Assembly: GCA_964503525.1 (NCBI GenBank)
Contig: CAZCZY010000034.1
Coordinates: 1 to 54,544, forward strand
Reading direction: 5' to 3'
From: an uncultured Candidatus Saccharibacteria bacterium
GTDB lineage: Bacteria; Patescibacteriota; JAUYIX01
DNA: 54,544 nucleotides
The position numbers and the translations under genes are program-made. The number at the start of each line of letters is the position of its first letter. Within the stretch, counting starts at the first letter, position 1. Below, piece after piece: positions 47,543-54,544 of the stretch. Below the pieces are notes generated by a model, which saw nothing but the letters and a program-made list of their open reading frames with translations, was not told where the DNA came from and ran no database searches.

Positions 47543-48583
47543 ATGCAAAATCCGACTTCCAACCCAGCTCCCAGCACATCCTCTACACCAATGCCACAGC
47601 AAATGCCTCAAGCAACAACCCGCGTTGCCACGACGCCACGCGACGTATTTTTCTATCTGTTGATGATTGTGACTCTCTACATCGCGGTTATTGCCTTTAT
47701 TACGCTCTTGATAAATTTTGTTAATTTTTCGTTTCCATCAGTGACTGACTTTGACTATCTGGCGACATATGCGGGCGGCGCCATACTCAACTCCATGGCT
47801 GCGGTAATTGTGGCGTGGCCAATCTACGTCCTAATGGCGTGGCTTATCGGACGTGACATCAAGAAGGAACCCGCCAAGCGTGACCTGCGCGTACGTAAGT
47901 GGCTGCTCTATCTCACCCTTTTTATTGCAGCGATCACTATCATCATTGATCTTGTGACCGTCACGTATAATTTCTTGAGCGGTGAGTTTACGATCAAATT
48001 CTTCCTCAAGGTTTTGTCCGTGTTGCTCGTGACGGGTGGTGTTTTTGGCTATTACCTCTGGGAATTGCGCCGAAAAGTGGGCGAACAATCCAATCTCCCG
48101 CGTGTTTTGGCGTGGGTGACCTCGGGTATATTGCTCGCAGTTTTTGTCATGACATTTATTGTGGTCGGGACGCCGGCAGAGTTACGCGCCAAACGACTCG
48201 ACGACCAACGTGTTAGCCATCTGATGCAAATTCAAAACGAGGTCTTTAATTACTATTCAACCAAAAACACATTGCCGCCTAGCATCGAAGCATTACGAAA
48301 CGATGTAACTGGTTTTATTCCGCCGGTGGATCCTGAGACTGGTGTGCCGTATGAATATCAGTCTACCGGTGCGTTAGCGTTTCAATTGTGCGGAACGTTT
48401 ACAACGGAGAGCAAGGCTACGCAGCCTCGTATTCGTGAAGTGATAACGTCGTTTGGACCGGTAACCGAAACGTGGGCACATGCGGTCGGTCGCGCCTGTT
48501 TTGATCGAACGATTGACCCCGACTTGTTTCAGGATACGGGTGGCATCCCGAACTCACCGGGTCTCATCAAACCCGTACTGTAG
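47543..48583 (+). CDS. DUF5671-type membrane protein
   Basis: Q/P-rich N-terminus, then four TM helices (VFFYLLMIVTLYIAVIAFITLLINF ...) and a C-terminal domain with LPPSIEAL...PVDPETGVPYEYQ. The layout is typical of DUF5671 proteins, which are common in CPR genomes. Confidence 0.75.
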   Translation: MQNPTSNPAPSTSSTPMPQQMPQATTRVATTPRDVFFYLLMIVTLYIAVIAFITLLINFVNFSFPSVTDFDYLATYAGGAILNSMAAVIVAWPIYVLMAWLIGRDIKKEPAKRDLRVRKWLLYLTLFIAAITIIIDLVTVTYNFLSGEFTIKFFLKVLSVLLVTGGVFGYYLWELRRKVGEQSNLPRVLAWVTSGILLAVFVMTFIVVGTPAELRAKRLDDQRVSHLMQIQNEVFNYYSTKNTLPPSIEALRNDVTGFIPPVDPETGVPYEYQSTGALAFQLCGTFTTESKATQPRIREVITSFGPVTETWAHAVGRACFDRTIDPDLFQDTGGIPNSPGLIKPVL

Positions 48584-48728
48584 GTCAACGTTGGGTTGAC
48601 GGAATACGGTACTCGGGTAAGAATGGCGGACTTGCGCTGACGATATGTAGCGCCAGTCGTTCGTTTTCAATTTAGGCCATGTGCTTGGCGTAGTACCGGT
48701 AAAAATTTGCACGAACTGGAGGTACGAC

Positions 48729-49355
48729 ATGAACCTGCGACAACTGCGTGGCTTAGAGGGATTGATTTGTGATCGCGCAAACAAAGAGACCGCCGTACTT
48801 TTTGATCTCGGTGGCACGTTAATTCGCATCGACTTATTTGCCGCCTGCCAAGCGCTCGCTAAGCATTGTGATTGGCATGCACAAAGTATAATGTCGCGTC
48901 TGTGGGAGTCTCCGCAGCAAAAAGAATTCTCGCGCGGGACAATCTCATCTGACGACTTCTACGAGTACTGGCGTCAGCAATTTCGCTGGCGCGCAGATCA
49001 AGACAAGTTTTGGGAGTGTTACTCGGCGATTTACCCAAGTTCACCTGACGCAATCATCAATGTGGTCGAGGACGTCCGTGAGTACGTAGAGGGCGTGTAT
49101 CTTTTTTCTGATACAAATCCTGCGCACATGCAGCGTCTTGCCAAAGACTACCCTCAAACCTTGGCACCATTTAAGCGCTGTTTCTTGTCGTATCAATTAG
49201 GCCTGACCAAACGAGAGATCACGGCGTTTGAAAGGATCGCGGAAGCGCTACCGGCCGCCAAGACCTTTGTCATCATCGACAACAACCAAGATGTTCTAAA
49301 TGTGGCCAGTCGACTAGGTTGGTTTGGCATCCTCATCAAACCCGACAGCAAATAA
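48729..49355 (+). CDS. HAD-superfamily hydrolase
   Basis: GGAGG SD before ATG 48729. Motif I variant VLFDLGGTLI, and later SDTNPAH. Confidence 0.75.
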   Translation: MNLRQLRGLEGLICDRANKETAVLFDLGGTLIRIDLFAACQALAKHCDWHAQSIMSRLWESPQQKEFSRGTISSDDFYEYWRQQFRWRADQDKFWECYSAIYPSSPDAIINVVEDVREYVEGVYLFSDTNPAHMQRLAKDYPQTLAPFKRCFLSYQLGLTKREITAFERIAEALPAAKTFVIIDNNQDVLNVASRLGWFGILIKPDSK

Positions 49356-49467
49356 CCCGCATTTCATCGAGAAGTGCGGGTTTTCTTTTTGGACGAACAT
49401 TCGTCATTGGGCGAAACTTATTTCTGATTTGGCGGTATTTAAAGATGTGACATACTAAAGGGTAAAC

Positions 49468-50376
49468 ATGCAAACCAAAAATCTCACCATCATGTTTACG
49501 GACATGAAAGGGTTTACACAACGTACTTCTGTCGGATCGCGCAAGCAGGTTGAGCGTTTACTCGACGTACACAATGAAATTATTAAGCCGGTTGTTCGGT
49601 CGTTTGGCGGGGATTTGATTAAGACCATCGGTGATGCCTTTTTAGTCGTTTTTGAAAGTCCCACTGACGCGGTCTTATGCGGGATGAAAATTCAAGAATC
49701 AGTAGCAAATCACAATGCAACTGCGGCTGCCGACGAGCGTTTTGAAATTCGTATCGCAATAAATTCTGGTGAAGTCCATCTCAAAGACGGCGATGTTTTT
49801 GGCGAACCAGTTAACGTGGCGGCGCGCATACAAAGTATCGCGGAGCCAGGCGAGGTCTATTTTACCGAGTCGGTCTACCTCACCATGAATAAAAACGAGA
49901 TCCCGTCGAGCGAGGTCGGTCAACGACATCTCAAAGGCATTCCAGAACAGATTAAGGTCTACAAAGTACTCCAAGAAAAAACTAATTTGGTACGAACACA
50001 ACAAAAGCGTAAAGATTTGGCGGAGCAGTCCGCTGATATTTCCAAGGAGGGGAGTCTTGCTGCCGATGTGCCTGTTGCAGCCCCGGTTTCGCTGGTACCC
50101 CCGCAAAAATCCAGCGCAACGGGAAAAATAATTGTTGCCGTCGTAATTACGCTACTGGCGGTTGGCCTGCTCTTGGCATGGTGGTTTATTGTCCGTGGTC
50201 GAAATAATAGGGCGATCCAAAAACCCACAGAGCAGGTTCAGTCATTACCGACTCAGCAGGCTCCAACTCAGCAAACACCTCAAAACGACACGAAAAAGGA
50301 ACCACTACCCCTCATAGAAAACCGTCTACGAGAAAAAATCCAGCAAGATACCAACGGTACCCTCATCAATAACTAG
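49468..50376 (+). CDS. class III adenylate/guanylate cyclase with C-terminal TM anchor
   Basis: IMFTDMKGFT (metal Asp), IKTIGDAFLVVF (Lys plus metal Asp), GDVFGEPVNVAARIQS. TM IIVAVVITLLAVGLLLAWWFIV near the C-terminus, followed by a Q/P/T-rich tail. Confidence 0.9.
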   Translation: MQTKNLTIMFTDMKGFTQRTSVGSRKQVERLLDVHNEIIKPVVRSFGGDLIKTIGDAFLVVFESPTDAVLCGMKIQESVANHNATAAADERFEIRIAINSGEVHLKDGDVFGEPVNVAARIQSIAEPGEVYFTESVYLTMNKNEIPSSEVGQRHLKGIPEQIKVYKVLQEKTNLVRTQQKRKDLAEQSADISKEGSLAADVPVAAPVSLVPPQKSSATGKIIVAVVITLLAVGLLLAWWFIVRGRNNRAIQKPTEQVQSLPTQQAPTQQTPQNDTKKEPLPLIENRLREKIQQDTNGTLINN

Positions 50377-51849
50377 ATGCGCATTCAAATTCAGGGGCGA
50401 ACACCGTACCCCCGTTCGCTTAAGTGGCAAATTCACAAAAATTATTACCTTAAACGCGGTATGGCGGCGTGGCTGTCTGGAGAAGTGCCCTCTGATGTGA
50501 CCTCAAACCCGCGTCAGGCTTTTCAAAATGCGATGATGGTCTATCGCGCGGTAGAAGCGCTCTACCCCAAGAGCATTCCACGCGCGCAAAAGATTTACGT
50601 CTTAGAAATTGCAGCAGGTCTAGGATCTTTTTGCCTAAATTTTTTGATGGAGTTCGAAAAAATTTGTCGAGCGCACAAAAAAACATATCACCAAAACCTA
50701 GTTTACTTAATGTCTGATATCGGCAAGCGCTCACTAGAAGATGCCGCTAAAAATCCACATCTGCAAAAATACGTCCGTCGCGGACATTTAGAGTTTATTG
50801 TTCAGGATTCGTCGCGGCCCGAGAAAAACCGTCTGCTCAATGGACGGAGATTCATTATTCGTAAAAACCAATTGATCGGCGTCATCGCAAATTACGCTTT
50901 TTGCTGCTTTAAGCAGACGGTTCTACAAAAAAAAGGTGACCAATATTCTGAGAAATACATTTCGCTCTGGCTAAACTCACCTGCAAAAACCTACCGCCAG
51001 GCAATGCGCTTGTTAGAAGATCCCGCGCAAACCGAAATTTTAAAAAATCTCGACGAAGAAAGTGATTTTGTGCCGATTAAAGTGCATCGATTTGCTCGCG
51101 AGGAAGCAGCCCAAGCGGCTTTGCTCGCAACCACGCGCACGCTCCCCGAGGCACTTTTTGTCTTCCCGAGCGGCCCAATCGAGAGTACGCGTCGGATATA
51201 TCCGCTCGTGCAACTGGGCGGTGTTGTGTTGATCAACGACAAAGGTTATCCGCGTTCGCTCGAAATGACGCGAGATTATTTTTCGGTGCCGAGCTTTCAC
51301 GGTAACTCATTTGCACATCATCTCAACGTGCCAATTTTAGAGCACTATGCTCGCGGGATTGGCTTTGCCACGGCGCGAACGGCAGACGTGCACATATCGA
51401 TCCAGACACTCATGATGTACAAGCCGCTGACCAATGACAAACGAATAAACGGCGATAAGCAAAATAGCGCTGGTTCGAGTATGCAGCTCCCGTCTGCGCT
51501 TGCTCAAGAATTTGAGGATTTGTTCGTAAAACGTAACTGGAATCAGCTCACTATGGCGTGGATTATGGCGGCACGTGATTATATGGCACTCGAAGACTAT
51601 CCCAATGCACTCAAATATTTACTCTGGGCAAAGCCGTATCGTCCGCATGACTACTTGATTATGGCGCGACTCGGCAACTGCTACCTCGAGCTTGGCCAAT
51701 TTAAAAAAGCCATTGCGCATTATCGCGAAGGAGAAAAGTACGACTTCTTTGATCGTCATGATTTTGTTGGAGCGATTGAGAAAGTGCGCGAAAAGCTAGA
51801 TCGCACAACCGCAAAACTCCAAGAAGAAATCCTCACCAAAGTCGCGTAA
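50377..51849 (+). CDS. MidA/DUF185-like putative SAM-dependent methyltransferase with C-terminal TPR-like region
   Basis: Motif-I-like YVLEIAAGLGSF. LIGVIANYAFCCF and LINDKGY resemble the MidA ANEFFDALP and DYGY positions. TPR-like ALEDYPNALKYLLWA ... LGNCYLELGQFKKAIAHY. ATG directly abuts the upstream TAG in the same frame. Confidence 0.7.
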   Translation: MRIQIQGRTPYPRSLKWQIHKNYYLKRGMAAWLSGEVPSDVTSNPRQAFQNAMMVYRAVEALYPKSIPRAQKIYVLEIAAGLGSFCLNFLMEFEKICRAHKKTYHQNLVYLMSDIGKRSLEDAAKNPHLQKYVRRGHLEFIVQDSSRPEKNRLLNGRRFIIRKNQLIGVIANYAFCCFKQTVLQKKGDQYSEKYISLWLNSPAKTYRQAMRLLEDPAQTEILKNLDEESDFVPIKVHRFAREEAAQAALLATTRTLPEALFVFPSGPIESTRRIYPLVQLGGVVLINDKGYPRSLEMTRDYFSVPSFHGNSFAHHLNVPILEHYARGIGFATARTADVHISIQTLMMYKPLTNDKRINGDKQNSAGSSMQLPSALAQEFEDLFVKRNWNQLTMAWIMAARDYMALEDYPNALKYLLWAKPYRPHDYLIMARLGNCYLELGQFKKAIAHYREGEKYDFFDRHDFVGAIEKVREKLDRTTAKLQEEILTKVA

Positions 51850-51911
51850 ATCGTTGGCTTGACCAAACGCATCGCGTAACCTAGAGCGATCTGCTACGCT
51901 TTCCGTATCAA

Positions 51912-52850
51912 ATGCCCAGCATGGGACGCGAGCGCACCATCTTTGTAATCTATACCGGCGACGACTGGGAGCTAAAAAAACCGAGCACAAGCCCGGACCT
52001 TGAACACGAGTATCGAACCTGGCAGCGCGTCTCAAAAGCCTTTAATGTGGCGTTTTTACGGGGTTCGATCCAGTGGTTTGAAAACGGGCACTTCAAAAAA
52101 TACTGGCGCATGTTGCCTGAGGGCGGCTGGGAAAAGGTTGACAAGCCCATCAAGCCTACGGTCGTACATGACCGTACGCGTTTACTTGATCGACGTAGCG
52201 GTAAGCCATTTTATTATGTTAAGCCCATGCGGCATCAAATTGCAGAGGTGTTGCCAATGGTCAACTTGCCGGAATTTAGTGAACTGGTGGACAACAAGTT
52301 GTACCAGGCCATGATGTTTCCAAAGTTTATGCCACCGACATCGTTGTTATTGCCCGGTACGGTTTTTAAAAACGACACGAGCGGCTATGCCGTGATCAAG
52401 CAGTTGGAGGGTTCGTCGGGACGACAAGTAATGATTACTAAAGAACGCGATATAAAAATTAGTCGTATCTCGATCGAACAGCAATTTATCCAAGCCAAGT
52501 CCAACGGTCACATGAAAGATCTTCGTATCGCATTTATTGGCGAGGAGCCACAGTATGCGCTGCATCGCGTCGCTGCTAAAGGCTCGCTCTATACCAATGT
52601 CACGCAGGGTGCGACTGTGGAATTTGTAAACCTCAAGGATATCGCCCGCATTCTAAAAGTCGCCGATGAGATTATCGTGCCGCTCATGATTTTTCCCAAA
52701 AAAATCTTCACGCTCGACTTTTTGATTGACAACAAATCACGCCACCCCTATTTAATTGAGACGAACACCATGCCGGGTACCTACCGCGGTTTTGAACAAA
52801 AGTTACTCGAGAATATAATGTTCAACCTCACGCGGCACATGTTTGAGTAA
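51912..52850 (+). CDS. ATP-grasp family ligase (RimK/glutathione-synthetase-like)
   Basis: YAVIKQLEGSSGRQVMI, DLRIAFIGEEPQYALHRVAAKGSLYTNVTQGA, FTLDFLIDNKSRHPYLIETNTMPG. Confidence 0.8.
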   Translation: MPSMGRERTIFVIYTGDDWELKKPSTSPDLEHEYRTWQRVSKAFNVAFLRGSIQWFENGHFKKYWRMLPEGGWEKVDKPIKPTVVHDRTRLLDRRSGKPFYYVKPMRHQIAEVLPMVNLPEFSELVDNKLYQAMMFPKFMPPTSLLLPGTVFKNDTSGYAVIKQLEGSSGRQVMITKERDIKISRISIEQQFIQAKSNGHMKDLRIAFIGEEPQYALHRVAAKGSLYTNVTQGATVEFVNLKDIARILKVADEIIVPLMIFPKKIFTLDFLIDNKSRHPYLIETNTMPGTYRGFEQKLLENIMFNLTRHMFE

Positions 52851-54544
52851 TTACGCAAACGCCGAACGCTTGCGCTTGTTGTGATCCAAGACTTGCTTAC
52901 GCATGCGAATCGACTTGGGCGTGACCTCGACCAGTTCGTCCGCAGCAAGTTCCTCGATAGATTCTTCGAGCGTAAAGCGGCGCGGCGGAGTCAGTAAAAT
53001 ATTTTCGTCGGTGCCACTGGCACGCATGTTGGTGAGTTTTTTGGTTTTATTAATGTTGACGACGAGGTCGCCCGCGCGACTGTATCGACCCACCACCATG
53101 CCCGCATAGACTTCCTCCGCCGGGGCGATATATAAATCTCCGCGTTGTTGGGCGTTGTCGAGGCCATAAGAGTTGGAGGTACCGGTCTCAAACGCCACGA
53201 GCGAGCCGCGCGAGCGGTCCGGTTGCTCAAAGGTTTGGGGTTTATAGGAGTCAAATACGTGCGCAAGGAGGGCCGTTCCGCGCGTGCGGGTAGCGAGCGC
53301 GGCTTTGAGACCGAGCAAGCCTCGCGTTGGGGCCATGTATTCCAAATGCACTTGGTTTTGGTCGTCGGTCAAGGTATGTGAGAGTTCGCCGCCGCGCGTA
53401 CCCATTTCTTGAATAACTCCGCCTTGATGCTCAGCCGGAACATCAATCGAAACAAATTCGTAGGGCTCAAGCGTTTGGCCACCGTCCTTTTTTGTAATGA
53501 CGCGCGGCGAGGAAACTTGCAATTCAAATCCTTCGCGCCGCATCGTCTCGATCAAAATTGATAAGTGCAAATCACCGCGACCAGAAACCAAAAACTGATC
53601 CGGACTGGCAGTTGGTTCGACGCGGAGGCTTACATTGGTAATCAACTCGCGTTGCAGGCGCTCATTGATTTGTCGTGAGGTAATTTTGCTACCTTCGCGC
53701 CCGGCAAAGGGGCTGGTATTTACGCCAAAGGTCATTTGGACTGTTGGCGGATCAATATGTACTGGCCCCAAGATCCGCGGCTTAACGGGATCAGTTATCG
53801 TGTCTCCGATGCGAACTCCTGCGCAGCCCGCCACCGCCGCGATATCACCGGCCGAAACTTCTGCGACTGAGGTAACCTGCAAACCTTTATAGAGGCGCAA
53901 ATCGACGATAGGAGTTGGCTTTGGCGCTGCAGCTCCGGCAACTTTTTCGCCGTCCTGTGTAGTAAGTGCAGGTGCGCATACAACAGTTTGGCCTTTTTTT
54001 AAGGTTCCTGAGGTTAGTTTACCCAAGCCCAGCGTCCCCACATACGGGTCCTCCTGCAACGCCAAAACTAAAAGTGCGGGCTCCGGTGCCAAATCTATCT
54101 TAGGTGGTGGAATTTCCTTAACAATTGTCTCAAATAATTGCGTGAGGTCGGTTGCAGGTTTTTTGATATCGAGGGTGGCAGTGCCGTTGAGCGCTGAGGC
54201 GTAAATGATCGGAAAATCCAACTGCTCATTGGTGGCACCGAGTTCAGAAAACAAATCAAAGGTACGATTGACAACCTCGTCCGGTTGCGCGTCCGGGCGA
54301 TCGATCTTGTTAATCACGACAATCGCGCGGTGGCCAAGTAGCAAAGCTTTTTTCAAAACAAAACGTGTTTGCGGCATCGGGCCTTCTTTTGCGTCAACCA
54401 GCAACAGAACTCCGTCGACCATGCGAAGGATGCGTTCGACCTCGCCACCAAAATCGGCGTGGCCAGGAGTGTCGACGATATTTATCTTGATGTCATTAAA
54501 TTCTAGACTCGCATTCTTGGCCTTGATGGTGATGCCGCGTTCGC
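52851..54544 (-). CDS. typA: translational GTPase TypA/BipA (5' end beyond the window)
   Basis: The reading frame stays open to the window edge (ERGITIKAKNASLEFNDIKINIVDTPGHADFGGEVERILRMVDGVLLLVDAKEGPMPQTRFVLKKAL). Domains II-V and the C-terminal domain are conserved. Confidence 0.95.
   Translation of the reverse strand, partial: ERGITIKAKNASLEFNDIKINIVDTPGHADFGGEVERILRMVDGVLLLVDAKEGPMPQTRFVLKKALLLGHRAIVVINKIDRPDAQPDEVVNRTFDLFSELGATNEQLDFPIIYASALNGTATLDIKKPATDLTQLFETIVKEIPPPKIDLAPEPALLVLALQEDPYVGTLGLGKLTSGTLKKGQTVVCAPALTTQDGEKVAGAAAPKPTPIVDLRLYKGLQVTSVAEVSAGDIAAVAGCAGVRIGDTITDPVKPRILGPVHIDPPTVQMTFGVNTSPFAGREGSKITSRQINERLQRELITNVSLRVEPTASPDQFLVSGRGDLHLSILIETMRREGFELQVSSPRVITKKDGGQTLEPYEFVSIDVPAEHQGGVIQEMGTRGGELSHTLTDDQNQVHLEYMAPTRGLLGLKAALATRTRGTALLAHVFDSYKPQTFEQPDRSRGSLVAFETGTSNSYGLDNAQQRGDLYIAPAEEVYAGMVVGRYSRAGDLVVNINKTKKLTNMRASGTDENILLTPPRRFTLEESIEELAADELVEVTPKSIRMRKQVLDHNKRKRSAFA

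Overview
This looks like a chromosomal window from a small-genome bacterium using the standard genetic code. All three stop codons terminate confident genes, and TAG is the most frequent. By inference only, gene content fits a Patescibacteria/CPR-like organism with a Gram-positive-type wall. Supporting points are a DUF5671-type membrane protein, three large surface proteins carrying C-terminal CWB2 wall-binding triplets, and a 23S rRNA end with no adjacent 5S.

Contents in order:
- The 3' end of 23S rRNA, then a ~0.7 kb ORF-free, hairpin-rich region bounded by a consensus promoter and terminators.
- A translationally coupled envelope operon (974-5005).
- groES-groEL with a distal CIRCE operator.
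- Two tandem paralogous ~1600-aa surface proteins behind a consensus promoter, followed by an XRE regulator.
- tRNA-Ser(GGA), then two permuted papain-like amidase paralogs (one broken by a single in-frame TAG), a Nudix hydrolase, a PD-(D/E)XK nuclease and a VIT1 transporter.
- dnaG and rpoD.
- A BNR/CWB2 surface protein, two TolB-like propellers, and a 798-aa protein with a DUF1704/MATCAP-like HExxH domain.
- tRNA-Asn(GTT), two FMN reductases, a GIY-YIG protein, msrA and msrB.
- A 13-14-repeat propeller protein next to an ABC-2 exporter, and a beta-helix membrane protein followed by four small membrane proteins.
- folB, a 2OG-oxygenase-like protein, a HAD hydrolase, a tail-anchored class III cyclase abutting a MidA-like/TPR protein, an ATP-grasp enzyme, and a partial typA.

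I saw no CRISPR array, transposase, integrase or reverse transcriptase. The most unusual items are:
- the candidate large ncRNA (171-770, minus strand);
- the giant tandem CWB2 paralogs;
- the TAG-interrupted amidase;
- the DUF1704-like giant protein;
- the cyclase/MidA-TPR/ATP-grasp cluster.

All family calls are motif recognition by eye, not database searches.
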